Assembly: GCA_951406725.2 (NCBI GenBank)
Contig: OX597821.1
Span: 75,578,001-75,642,000, forward strand
Origin: Octopus vulgaris
Taxonomy: Eukaryota
Reading direction: 5' to 3'
DNA: 64,000 bases
Shown here in pieces: positions 12,346 to 25,244 of this stretch; position 1 is the first letter of the stretch, and every line of letters starts with the position of its first letter. The position numbers and the translations under genes were made by a program. The notes under the pieces were generated by a model. It did no database searches. It was not told the origin of the DNA and worked only from the letters and a program-made list of their open reading frames with translations.

Positions 12346-12426
12346 AATTATAATAATAATAATAATTATAATAATAATAATAATAATAATGATAATAATA
12401 ATAATAATAATAATGATAATAATAAG

Positions 12427-12980
12427 TGCTCTGATACAATACCAGGTAGGGGTTCTCATAGCTTCTGATCTTAACTGATTGGAAGTGTTATCATGTACAT
12501 TGTTTTGTCCTGGTGTAAAAGATGGGCTACTGCAAATATTCTGCTCAATACCACAGATTTGTTTGCGAGCTGTTTGGCCTTAACCTGTTGAGCATGACCA
12601 TTAGTGGATGTTCATATGTGCAACTCTGATCGCAACCAGAAGTAGTGGGGAAGCATCATAGCCATGTGTTGAGAGGGATTCTTTGGGTTTTGGATAATTC
12701 ACCTCTGGAAGCACATGTTTCGTTCAATATTCTAAAACAACCCTAACTCAGGGACCTTTTGGGTGGGGTGTGTTACTCGACCAGAAGAACATTCTAACTG
12801 GGCCCCACCTGTAAGGTCATGTGCTATTTATCTTTATATGAGATCACCATGTTGCGCACATATAGTTGTGATGCATGTGCTTAGTACACCCTTATTAGAC
12901 GGGTAGCCATGATGGATATACTGGGCTTCGTATATTTGTATCCCAGTGTCACTTTGATGGCATGCACTGTTCTCTCACTC
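12427..12980 (+). mobile_element. ~555-bp non-coding (AAT)n-bounded retroposon-like unit (family F), copy 1
   Basis: Runs from tgctctgatacaatacc to gtgtcactttgatggcatgcactgttctctcactc and then aat repeats. It is a diverged copy of 13209-13763. Confidence 0.8.
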
Positions 12981-12994
12981 AATAATGATAACAC

Positions 12995-13029
<35 letters not shown>

Positions 13030-13062
13030 GGGATGATGATGATGATGACGATAATGATAATA

Positions 13063-13093
<31 letters not shown>

Positions 13094-13134
13094 TAATGAT
13101 AATAATAATAATAATGATAATAATAATAATAATG

Positions 13135-13208
<74 letters not shown>
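12981..13208. repeat. (GAT)n/(AAT)n tract
   Basis: Read directly. Source of the poly-D/N/I pseudo-ORFs. Confidence 0.95.
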
Positions 13209-13209
<1 letters not shown>

Positions 13210-13763
13210 GCCCTGATGCAGTACCAGGCAGTGGCTCTCATGGCTTCTGATCTTAACTGATTGGAAGTGTTATCATGTACATTGTTTTGTCTTGGTATAA
13301 AAGATGGGCTACAGCAAATATTCTGCTCAATACCACAGATTTGCTTGTTAGTTGTTTGACCGTAACCAGTTGAGCATGTCCCTTAGTGGCTGACGATATG
13401 TGCATCTCTGATCACGAGCAGAAGTAGTGGGGGAGCATCATAGCCATGTGTTGAGAGGGATTCTTTGGGGTTTGAATAGTTCACCTCTGGAAACATGGGT
13501 GGTTCTTTCAACATCCTTAAACAACCCTTATTCAGGGACCGTTTGAGCGGGATGGGCTACTCAACCTGAAGAAAATTCTAACTGGGCCCCACCTGCAAGG
13601 TCATGTGCTGTTTATCTTGATATGAGATCACCATGTCGTGCACATATGGTTGTGATGCATGTGCCTGGTGTACCTTTATCAGACGGGTAGTCATGATGGG
13701 TATATTGGGCTTCGTATATTTTACCCCAGTGTCACTTTGATGGCATGAACTGCACTCTCACTC
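13209..13763 (+). mobile_element. Family F, copy 2
   Basis: Same start (tgccctgatgcagtacc) and same end (ctctcactc-aataat) as copy 1. Confidence 0.8.
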
Positions 13764-13882
13764 AATAATAATAATAATAATAATAATAATACTGATGATG
13801 ATAATGATAATAATAATAATAATAATTTATTCTTTTTATTATTATTATTATTATTATTGTTATTATTATAATGATAATGAAA

Positions 13883-13916
<34 letters not shown>

Positions 13917-13917
13917 A

Positions 13918-13964
<47 letters not shown>

Positions 13965-14017
13965 TAACAATAATAATAATAATAACAATAATAACAACAA
14001 CAACAATACTGATAATG

Positions 14018-14079
<62 letters not shown>

Positions 14080-14080
14080 C
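13764..14080. repeat. (AAT)n/(ATT)n/(AAC)n compound tract
   Basis: Read directly. Confidence 0.95.
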
Positions 14081-14207
14081 GTATGATATATGTATAAGGG
14101 CCGAATTTGAAACCACCAATCTCATTTTCATCAAGAAACTGCCCTTCTAATGCATATCATATCGAACACATATTGTTATAACTAGTTTTCGTATTTCTCT
14201 ATAAAAC

Positions 14208-14244
<37 letters not shown>

Positions 14245-14245
14245 G

Positions 14246-14305
<60 letters not shown>

Positions 14306-15274
14306 CATATATACTCAGTGCAAATACAATGTTGTGGCTTCATGCCGTTCCCAAAGGTGTTGGCAGCTGGAGTAAAAGTGAATTGCCTCAATCGAAATTG
14401 AATCGAAATTGAATGTGTCACGATTTCAGCTCGCAGGGATCAAAACAGGTGCCCCACAGTAATTATGTATAATAAAGGGGCGAATGTGAAGCCACCACCG
14501 TTTTCATCCACAAACTGCCCTTTCTAATGAATATGATTATATCCGTATTCCTGGATTTTATTTTAGAAATTAACTGGGGAATTAATTACATTCAATGCGT
14601 TATTAGTTAGTTGGCCTCCAAACATCAATGCATAAAGAGAAATTGACTATTGCCTTCCATTACACATGAGACTTACACCGACGCAACGCTACAGCGTATG
14701 CCTCGGAGAATTCTCTCACTAGAAATACAAAGAAATTTAATGCAGATATTATTTGCAAAATTTCACTAATATTATATTTCTCGTATTTTCCATGGAAAAT
14801 TGGAAATTAACAACAACTTCCTGGACTTCCAGAACACCCTAGGAAATCTACTATCAAGTTTAGATGTTCGAAAGCTGCTAGCAGGTTCGTGAAAATTGGA
14901 TATTAAACACAACATAAATAAACACCCACAACGCTGTAAAGATATTGGAATACTGTTCTGAAAACATACTAACGTTTCCTCTGGCTAACATACTAGTTGA
15001 GGTGTTGATAATTTTATAATTTCTTTATAAGTGTAAAAGCACTGAGGAAAATGTTCAAGGCCTTTGTAAGTCAACCCAGATTAGTTGGATGAATATAATG
15101 AGTTTGATCAATAGTTGCAGAGCCAACTTAAACTTGTGAATAAGATTAAGTATCAAATCTGAAAAAAGAGGGACTGTAGGAAGTGTTTGTTGTGCTGGTG
15201 AGAGTTAAGAACACGCTGATTGCACTAGATAGAAGGAAGAAGGTTCGGATCAGGGGAACCTGCATAGAAACTTT

Positions 15275-15730
15275 ATACCTACTTCTTTACTACCCAGAAG
15301 GGGTTAAACACATAGAGGACAAACAAGGACAGATAAACGGATTAAGTCGATTATATCGACCCCAGTGCGCAACTGGTACTTATTTAATCGACCCCGAAAG
15401 GATGAAAGGCAAAGTCAACCTCGGCGGAATTTGAACTCAGAACGTAAAACAGACGAAATACCCGTAAGAATTTCGCCTGTCGTGCTAACGTTTCTGCCCA
15501 CTCGCCGCCTTTAGAAACTTTATACCTATTTCTTTACTACCCAGAAGGGGCTAAACACAGAGAGGACAAACAAGGACAGACAAACGGATTAAGTCGATTA
15601 TATCAACCCCAGTGCGTAACTGGTACTTATTTAATCGACCCCGAAATGATGAAAGGCAAAGTCGACTTCAGCGGAATTTGAACTCAGAACGTAACGGTAG
15701 ACGAAATACTGCTTAGCATTTCGCCTGGTG
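15275..15730 (-). mobile_element. Two tandem SINE family A copies
   Basis: Units 15275-15511 and 15522-15730 each carry atcgaccccgaa...gaaaggcaaagtc...gaatttgaactcagaacgtaa. The first unit is flanked by tagaaacttt at 15265 and 15512. Confidence 0.85.
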
Positions 15731-15860
15731 ATGAAAGCAGGATAGAGCTAATATACTAAATAACACGGTATTCAGTGCTGCTGCTGCTACTAATACTACC
15801 ACCACCAATACTCTGACAATTTTGTTTACTATCCACCTTGTTTCGCATTTATGTGCTTAC

Positions 15861-15891
<31 letters not shown>

Positions 15892-16007
15892 AAATACACG
15901 TAAGCCTATGCTGTCGTATTACAAGAGCATTACAAAATGACCTTACCGTGCTTTTAATAAATTAGAAGAGGTACCAAGAGAAGATGAAAGAGGCTTCTAG
16001 AAAAGCA

Positions 16008-16079
<72 letters not shown>

Positions 16080-16083
<4 letters not shown>

Positions 16084-16400
16084 GCGCATGGCTCAGTGAT
16101 TAGAGCGTCGGGATCACAATCAGGAAGTAGTGAGTTCGATTCCCGAACCGAGCTGTGTTGTGCTCTTAAGCATGACACTTCATTTCACATTGCTCCTGTT
16201 CCCCCAGCTGTAGAAATGAGTTGCGACGTCACTGGTGCCAAGCTGTATCGGCCTTTGCCATTCCTTTGGATAACGTGGAAATCGGAACCTGATATGCATG
16301 GGCGACTGCTGGTCTTACATAAAACAACCTTGCCCGGACTTGCGCCTTGGAGGGAGACTTTCTAGGTGCAATCGCATGGTCATTCGTGACAGAAGTGGGT
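16080..16400 (+). mobile_element. tRNA-derived SINE
   Basis: Head gaggcgcatggctcagtgattag (A-box-like) and gagttcgattccc (B-box-like), then gtgctcttaagcatgacactt. Confidence 0.75.
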
Positions 16401-16496
16401 ATTTACCAGTTACCCTTTTATATATATATACAGTTATATATACATAAATATAAATATGCATACAAACATGTATACATACATATATGTATTCTTATA

Positions 16497-16698
16497 TTCT
16501 TTTACTTGTTTCAGTCATTTGACTGCGGCCATGTTTGCGCGCCGCATTTACTCGAGAAAATCCACCCACGACTTATTCTTTGAAAGCCTAGTACTTATTC
16601 TATCGGTGTCTTTTGCCAAAATGCTAATGTACGACGACGTAAACGCACCAACATCGGTTGTCAAGCGATGGTGCGGGGACAAATATTAACACACCAAA

Positions 16699-16764
<66 letters not shown>

Positions 16765-16915
16765 ATATATATACAATATATACACGACGGGCTTCTTTCA
16801 GTTTCCGTCTACCAGATCCACTCACAAGGCCTTGTTCGGCCCGAGGCTGTAGTAGAAGACACTTGCCCAAGGTGCCACGCAATGGGACTGAACCTGGAAC
16901 CACGTGTGAACTCTT
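16497..16915 (-). mobile_element. SINE family B
   Basis: tttacttgtttcagtcatttgactgcggccatg...cccaaggtgccacgcaatgggactgaacc, with an internal (TA)n. Confidence 0.85.
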
Positions 16916-16962
16916 AGAAGAAAGAATACCCAATATCTCATTACCATATTAGAGAATTGTGT

Positions 16963-17265
16963 AAGCACATGGCCTAATGGTTAGAGCAGCAGACATGCAG
17001 TCGATGGATCGCAGTGTCGAATCTCAGACCGGGCGATGTGTGTGTTTATGAGCGAAACAGCTTAGCTCTACGCGCCTCCGGCAGAAGGTAATAGCGAACT
17101 TCTGCTGACTCTTTCGCCACAACTTTCTCTCACTCTTTCCTCCTGCATCTAGCAGCTCAACTGCGACGGACCGGTGTCCCATCCAGGTGGGGAATCCATG
17201 CAGCAATGAAATTGACCCTTTTGAGCCAGGCATGGCTGGAGAAGGAACAAACAACAACATAGTAG
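16963..17265 (+). mobile_element. tRNA-derived SINE family D
   Basis: tggcctaatggttagagc head. The body is shared with 21105-21425 and ends in aac repeats. Confidence 0.8.
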
Positions 17266-19334
17266 AGAATTAATTATTAATAAATATATAAATTTATGCA
17301 CGCATATAAGTGTAATTACGTTTGAATTTACGAATGCGTAAAAAAAGTATTCCATATATAATGTTTTTGAAGAATTGTCCACCAAACATTCATAAGCAAT
17401 ATAGAACAAGTATGATAACCTCTGTAACACCAAATCTTGAGACTAGACAACTGCATAATTCCTTGCAGTTTGTTTTGATTGTGCCACTGATCATTATTAG
17501 AATGTAATGTGGGTTTCAGAAATTCAGAAATCCAAGATTTTATAAGTATTTTAAAATGCTTATAATAAATACATTTATACAGAATATAATCTTTTGCTCA
17601 GGTTTAACAGCTAACAGTTTTCACGCTATGAACGAAAGTAAAATTACCCAACTGCCGATATTATCATTAAAATGTACGAACATTAGTTTTGTCATTTATG
17701 CATTTCCTGGATTACCGGGAAAATGTGAAGGCGTGGGTGTGTCACCCAAGATTTGATCTCGCAACCCCTTATTTTTGAGTACAGTCCCATTTTGCAATCT
17801 ATCGAGCAAGATTCTTCTCATATAATTCGGTACCGTAAGACAATGTGATAGACGGAAACTGTGCAGAAACTCGTATTTTTTGTCTGTACGTGTGTGTGTG
17901 ATTTTGTTTGCATGTGTGTGTATGTGTATGTGTAAATGTGTGTTTGCGTGCGCGTGTGTGCATGTGTGTTTGTGCGTATGTGCCTGTTACTATGCGTCTT
18001 CATCTTTATGGTTGCCTCTCACCGCTTGGTAACCTCTTCTGATACTTTAATACTCGCTTAAGCCCATAAATACGATACTCCAGCATGGCTGCAATCCAGT
18101 GAATGAAACCAGTAAAAGACTAAATGTGTGTTGAATTATGTGTGCAAATATCGACCGGATTGCGTAAGGGATTTATCGTTGTTGCTTAAACCCCAATCAA
18201 CCACAGTGGCAAATATTTATTATCAAACACATCGAATAGTCCTTTTTACGATGACTCGACAATATTATCAAAATATTCCTCCGATTATAAACAGTAGAAT
18301 ATAATTTGAGGAAGATTTCGGTGCTATTTCTAGCACCTTCAATTTTAAATCTATACGAACACATAAATATCAGAGAAACTCTTGTTTGTATGAATATCAG
18401 AACATAACAAAACAATTGTGTGTCTATAGAAATAATTGAGATTTTACTGCCATTTGGCAAGATGTAAATTTTCACCAAGCGGAGTCGAAAACGAATTCAC
18501 TTCACTTGAGCCTTTATTGTCATCGATAAAGGCAGGAACTTTATAAAACCGCAAGCCATTATATATCTGAAGTTTATAAGTATGTAAATGATCAACGTAG
18601 AAGAATAATTACAGTTGCGTTTTAGTTCAACTGGCATCATTGAAAATAAAATAGATCGAAAATATTCATAAGGTCTTTAAGTAGATCTAACAGTTCGGTG
18701 CAATTTTCGAGACACTTGTTTAGTTTATAGGAATCTAACAACTTTAATATAAAATTACCCGGGGGAGAAAATGCAATATAATAGAGAAATGTGTAAACAG
18801 ATAGGCTAGTTTGATAACAATAGTTGGCTGTAATTCTTGTATGAAGCACTACAAAGTAGATCCCAAAATCAATGGACCTCATTGATAAGAATAATCAGTA
18901 ATTATGAAAAGTGTAAATTAAGTAACTGTTAGAATATTTAAACATGAGGATGAGCGTTATTTCTAACAGTGCCGCACTTATACAATGTAGCAATAGAAAC
19001 ATCTCTATTCTCTTGTATAATGCGTTAACAATTCAGTGGATAATTAACTGAATTTTTAATTACAACTAGCAATTATTCCTACAACTTAATTATGGTATGA
19101 ATTATTAACCATACCTGAAATTAAAGTAACAACTTGGTAAATAAGTTGTGTTCACGATCTTCCGCCTGAAGAGGTCGGTGTTTCGTTTTCTGTCTCTAAT
19201 GCTTTCGGAGTCAGCCGGGACATGTTGTTTAACCCTTTCTCTTCTAACGGAACACATACGTCCCATAATTTTGAAATATAAAATCGCAGTATCACCATTC
19301 GAAAGACGATACTCCCAGATGAGTGTGGACATTC

Positions 19335-19510
19335 ATATATGATGGGAAGCTAAAACGTTCTTGGCTGTGAGGTTATCGCAAAGGGTCTGTAAAAGAATTT
19401 TCCGAGTTGCAAGAAGTGTGTGAATCTGAGAGGGGAATATGTCGAATAAAATCATAATTAACCGACCCTCCTGTATTTTCTTTTACTCAAAGAACTTTTC
19501 AGCACGGACT
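19335..19510 (+). mobile_element. Mariner-type transposon 3' remnant
   Basis: aagtgtgtgaatctgagaggggaatatgtcgaataa (KCVNLRGEYVE*) followed by gaacttttcagcac, similar to the TIR-like end at 34.5 kb. Confidence 0.65.
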
Positions 19511-19576
19511 CGTAGCTATCAGAAGAACAACGTACATGGGTTGGGGCTGATGTTTTGAATAATAATAAATATATAA

Positions 19577-19826
19577 ATGCGCCCCTTTTAAAGCCTAGCC
19601 AGGCTCATGGACCCGGTTTCCCGGTTTCAATGGCTTATGTGTTCTCCAGCTGGACGGGACGCCAGTCCATCGCAGCGTTACTCATTTTTGCCAGCTGAGT
19701 GGACAGGAGCAACGTGAAATGAAGTGTTTTACTCAAGAAGACAACGCGTCGCCCAGTCCAGGAAGCGAAACCACAATCTTACGATCATGATGCTGACACC
19801 CTAACCACTAAGCCACGCGCCTCCAC
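19577..19826 (-). mobile_element. tRNA-derived SINE family C
   Basis: Reverse-complement copy of 20049-20294. Confidence 0.85.
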
Positions 19827-20048
19827 GATGTTTTGAATAGGAAAAACAAAACAGCTTGTAAAATCTACTTTTTACTGGAATCGTTTGGACGCAAATACAA
19901 TTTACCTATGTAAGGAATCGAGCATAATACACACACCAGTTGCGTGTTCAGTACTGAAGCAAATATAAACCCTACTCTGTTATCAAAGGGGTGTGCTTGT
20001 CTTTGAAACGATGTTTAAATCAATAATATCAAATACTTAGTCAATAGA

Positions 20049-20294
20049 GTGGAGGCGCGTGGCTTAGTGGTTAGGTGTGTCAGTATCATGATCGTAAGAT
20101 TGTGGTTTCGCTTCCTGGACCGGGCGACGAGCTGTGTTCTTGAGCAAAACATTTCATTTCACGTTGCTCCAGTCCACTCAACTTGCAAAAACGAGTAACG
20201 CTGCGATGGACTGGCATCTCGTCCGGCTGGGGAACATATACGCCATTGAAACGAGGCCCATGAGCCTGGCTAGGCTTTAAAAGGGCGCACTTAT
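20049..20294 (+). mobile_element. tRNA-derived SINE family C
   Basis: ggaggcgcgtggcttagtggttagg (A-box-like), ggtttcgcttcc (B-box-like) and gtgttcttgagcaaaacatttc body. Confidence 0.85.
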
Positions 20295-20454
20295 GATTTT
20301 TTACTTACTCAATAGAGAACATTGATTTGTGTTAATGTACTTAATAGTTAAATAATGAATGCCTCAGTCGATCTCGAATTAACTATGTACCTTTCATCGC
20401 TACATCATTCTCCTGAACGCTCATGCTAATACAGTGCAGAAGCGGTAGCACATC

Positions 20455-20625
20455 AGGCAGAATACTCAACAGCATCTCGTCCGTCTTACGTTCTGAGTTC
20501 AAATCCTGCCGGGGTCGACTTTGCCTTTTCACCCTTTCGGTGTCGTTAAAACAAGTATTAGTTGAATATTCACCCCCTCTCCCCCGAAATTGCTGGCTTT
20601 GTGCAAAAATTAGAAACCAATATGG
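20455..20625 (+). mobile_element. SINE family A (partial)
   Basis: acgttctgagttcaaatcctgccggggtcgactttgcc. Confidence 0.75.
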
Positions 20626-21104
20626 TGTAGAACTGATACCAATAATCGATTAATGAAGTGGACCCGTCGAGGGTAGCAAGATTGATGCAGATGATATTTA
20701 GCTGCACTTTGACCACAGCAGACGGGATTTGAGGCAAGTCTGGAACAAAGAAATACAGAGACTTCCCTTGTTTTGCTACAGATGAAATGTTTAGTTTTGC
20801 AGGAACAGTCGCGCTTTTACGGCTACCTAGGTAGACGCATCTGTCAAGGAATTGTTGTCGGTGTCGAGAAGTTAAGTCTTATGCTCAGCATAAGATCACA
20901 TATCCATATACGGCTTTGTTATATTGACAGTCTATAAGAATGAAGAAATGCATAAAAAATATAAGCACAAAATGCTGTCATACTCCGTAGTGACTTGAAT
21001 GGCGCCAGTGTTATACACTTACCTACATACTTGCATACACGTACACACTCACACATATATATTATAGAGTAACGAATTTAGTGAATCTATATACTTACAT
21101 CTGG

Positions 21105-21425
21105 AGACACCCGGCTTAGTGACCAGAGCAGCGGACTCGCAGTCGAGGGATCACGGGTTCGAATCTCAGACCGGGTGATGTGTGTGTTTATGAGCGAAAC
21201 ACCTAAGCACCACGCGGCTCCGGCAGAAGGTAATGATGAACTTCTGCCTACTCTTTCACCACAACTTTCTATCACTCTTTCCTCCTGCATCTAGCAGCTC
21301 ATATGAGATTGATCGGCGTCCCGTCCAGGTGGGGAATCTATACGCCAAGGAATCCGGGAAACCGGCCCTTATCAGTCTGGTATGGCTCGAGAAGGAACAA
21401 ATAACAACAACAACAACAACAACAT
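21105..21425 (+). mobile_element. tRNA-derived SINE family D
   Basis: gggttcgaatctcagaccggg B-box-like motif. Homologous to 16963-17265, with an (aac)n tail. Confidence 0.8.
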
Positions 21426-21484
21426 GTACTTACATGCATGATCACCTCGTTGACCCGGACTCTCCTATCGTAGATGACACATGA

Positions 21485-21745
21485 GGGCTGTGCACTTTTG
21501 TGCTGAAAGAATTGCGGAGAGGATTTTCTTGATCAAACATTTGTGCTGTCCGTTAGCTCATTCCGACGATCAAGTCAATATTGGCTGTGTAGGTGCCCGG
21601 TGTGTCACATGTCAGATATCGAAGTGATTGCGGTGCTTCTCGTGTTGAAGTGTTTTACACAAGAACACAACGCAGTGTCCGAGCTGTGATTCGAAGACAC
21701 AACCCGACGTGCAACATCTTAACTATTAGGCCATGTGACTTCGCA
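21485..21745 (-). mobile_element. Degenerate tRNA-derived SINE
   Basis: Minus strand reads catggcctaatagttaag...gcgttgtgttcttgtgtaaaacacttc. Confidence 0.55.
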
Positions 21746-21779
21746 CACGCAGGTACACAGACACACTCACATACACAAA

Positions 21780-21823
21780 CGCGCACACAATCATACATGT
21801 ATGAATTTATGTGTGTGTGCGTG

Positions 21824-21882
<59 letters not shown>

Positions 21883-22127
21883 TAATATATATATATGTTT
21901 ATATATATACACACACATATACATACATGCACACACGTACACACACACATACACGCACGCACATACGCACACGCAGACACACACATACACACACAGAGAT
22001 TTTCATATACAGTAACTTAATGAAATCAGGGCAGAGACTCAGGTTTTATGTTTAGACGAAATATCTTGTTATGGCATGAACGAAACTTAATCGTTTAAGT
22101 CATCCAAAATAAGTCTGCATAAATGTA

Positions 22128-22193
<66 letters not shown>

Positions 22194-22304
22194 CATGTTT
22201 GTATGTTATAAATGTATGTATGTTATATACACACACAAACACACACATACACACACACGCACATATATATATAACATGCATACATTCATATATATAAATA
22301 TATT

Positions 22305-22339
<35 letters not shown>

Positions 22340-22570
22340 GAGTATATATGCGTGTTTATTTATGTTTATATGTATGTATACGTATATTCTTTATATATGT
22401 AATATATGCATGTACATATGCATATATATATGTATATATATATATATACATACTTATTTACATGTATGTTCATATACACAAACATATGTATGTACAATTT
22501 TTAAGTATCCATATATATATATACATATGCATGTATGTATATGTAGATGTATGCGTATATAATATATACG
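21780..22570. repeat. Compound (TA)n/(CA)n field
   Basis: Read directly. Confidence 0.95.
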
Positions 22571-23622
22571 TGTATTTATGTCTACGACTATTAATCCCTT
22601 CCATTAATCACGAACTATTCCAGTATTTCCAATCTGATGCTTGCGTTTGTCCATTATCGATACCTCTCTAATGATTTCAGCCGTTACCACAGTGAAGCAT
22701 TATTTTGGTGCTATCAAGTAGAGCGGAGAGTTTATTCTTAGTTAATGCAATTCTTTTACAGATTGAGATCTGTACCTTGGGCGTATGGCCATGTTGACAC
22801 CTCCATCACTCCAGCTATTTGCCAATATAAACTGATAAAATAAATAATCAATATTCAATTATTTTAGTGATCAACTTTGTCTTTTCTTCTAAATGACAGT
22901 GAAAGCGAATCGACGAAAATTTTGAATCTAGATACTATCACATCAAACAACAAGAGTAGCTTGGACATTTGTGGAGACTGAAGTTGGACTATTAGGTCTG
23001 ATTTAATTTCGATAAAGAATGAGGGGTTAATTGTTTGTTTGACCTCTTCGTTACAAGCCTTCCACACCGTACGTATTGGAGAGAGCACATTGCAACACAA
23101 CAGCAGCACATACAGCATGGAATGTTAGCGATTAAATGAAAATACCCACGGACAGCGGCAGACTGAATGGACTTGTAAATGGATTGAAGAAGAAAAAAAG
23201 AAACACACAAATGGGGGAAAGATGTTTGAAATCGGAGATTAAGTGGAGAGGGAGGGAGAGAAAGAGTAGAAGAAGAACTGAGATACTATAGAGAGGGGGA
23301 GAGGAAGTGTAGTAGTAGCTAAAAATACAGTCAAAATGCCTGGTTGCCAGACAGTGATGGGATGGTAGATTGACGCGAAAAAGCATGGCGAAACATTAAC
23401 TAATAAAGATTCTTCTATTAAATACAATGAAGTTAAGCATGAAACCACTTCAACGTATATACTTCTCAGCGTCTACAGCAGTCTATAGTCATACCTCAGG
23501 CATAGTTTTGGCTGTTTTATATCCTAACGAGTACATCTGCACCGTAGCCTATGGCTGTACATGTAATTATCTCGTGGTGGTATTAGATTGGGTCCATTAA
23601 TATACCTCTATCGATACACAGG

Positions 23623-24015
23623 CGCAGGCGTGGCTATGTGGTAGGAAGCTTGCTTCCCAACCACATGGTCCCGGGTTCGGTTCTACTGCGTGGCACCTTA
23701 GGCAACTAAGCGTCTTCTTAGTCGGCCCGACCAAAGCCTTGTGAGTGGATTTGGTAGATGAAAACTGAGAGAAGCCCATCGTGTATATATAATTATATGT
23801 GCGTGTGTCTGTGTGTCTGTGTTTGTCTCTCCACACCATTTGACAACCGACGCTGATGTGTTTACATAACCATAACTTAGCAATCGGCATAAGAGACCGA
23901 TAGAATAAGTACCAGATTTAAAAGAATAATAAGTACTGGGGTCGATTCATTCGACTAAACATTCTTCAAAGCCGTGCCCCAGCTTGGCCGCAGTCAAATG
24001 ACTGAAACTAGTAAC
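23623..24015 (+). mobile_element. SINE family B, near full length
   Basis: aggcgcaggcgtggctatgtggtaggaagc head, gggttcggttctactgcgtggcaccttaggcaa (CORE-like), and cagtcaaatgactgaaac tail. Confidence 0.85.
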
Positions 24016-24107
24016 ATAAAAAATACCGTGTTGTCTTAATGGCGGCGAGGTAATGATAGCATCAGAGCATCGAACGAAATGCCTTGCGTTATTTAGCCCT
24101 GCCCTAA

Positions 24108-24325
24108 GGCAGCGAGCTGGCAGAACCATTAGCACACCGGGCGAAATACTTAGCGTTATTTCGTCTGTCTTCGTGTTCTGAGTTCAAATTCCACCGAGGT
24201 CGACTTTGCCTTTCATCTTTTTGGGATCAATAAATTAAGTACCAGTTGCTTACTGGGGTCGATCTAATCGACTGGGCCCCTCCCCAAAATTGCCGGGCCT
24301 TGTGCCTAGAGCAGAAAAGAATATT
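24108..24325 (+). mobile_element. SINE family A, full length
   Basis: ggcagcgagctggcagaaccattagcac...gagttcaaattcc...gggccttgtgcctagagcagaaaag. Confidence 0.9.
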
Positions 24326-24754
24326 TATACATAGACATAGGCGACAGACTGAGACTACATGACTCCATACATTTCTGAAACTTTTAGCCATTTTCGGTAT
24401 TCACTTGCGATAGAAGCTTACTAGAAAATAGTTATTGTTGTAGAAATAATTGTTGGTTTTCTTTGTAGGAATGTTCCTTCTGTGTTGATAAACACTTATA
24501 AACATGGCAATAAGACAAAGAAATTGGATGACACAGATGCAACTTACCTATGGATAGATGAAACATGACAGTCACACAAGTCCAGAAAAAAAAAAGAAAG
24601 AAAAATGAACGTCGAAAACTAGGCTTTGCCGAGGAGATCTCATACGACAGAAACATGAGCAGGCTTGTGTAACAAACGAGATTAAAAATTCAAAATCATA
24701 TTAGTCAAAACACTATTGTTATTTACCTTGCAGCATAAATCACACCTCTGCTTA

Positions 24755-24873
<119 letters not shown>

Positions 24874-25244
24874 TATAAATCTCTGTTGATTCACCAGAAG
24901 AAATAAATTAGAGTACTCAATACACATGTAGGTGTTCTTTAAAACATTATAACTGAAAAACTCCGAGCTACTGTTCACAAAATTACTGATTTTTGACTAT
25001 CGGCTGGCAAACCAAGAATGATTGACCAGTTGTTGATAGGGCACTAGGAACTTTGAACACTGAAAATCGGTGCCTTTCATTATAATATATATATATTCAT
25101 ATATATACAGAACATTTCGTTTTGTGCTACCCTTAAGTGTTATTGTTATTCCATATTCTTTAATGTGAAGTTAGCATTTGGTTTGCCTCGCGTGAATTTA
25201 ACGGTGAGAGAATCGTTTCTAGTTAAGCGGTCTCAGTACTTATT

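Noticed and set aside
12349-14080. CRISPR-like alternation of repeats and spacers
   Set aside because: The alternation is microsatellite tracts with retroposon units in eukaryotic DNA. There are no constant-length repeats or spacers and no cas genes.
12909-14134. Poly-D/N/I/Y ORFs (also at 35.5, 42.6-43.2, 46 and 47.9 kb)
   Set aside because: They are translations of (GAT)n/(AAT)n/(ATT)n tracts.
16080-21200. tRNA genes suggested by A/B-box-like sequences
   Set aside because: All continue into shared SINE bodies and lack complete cloverleaves.
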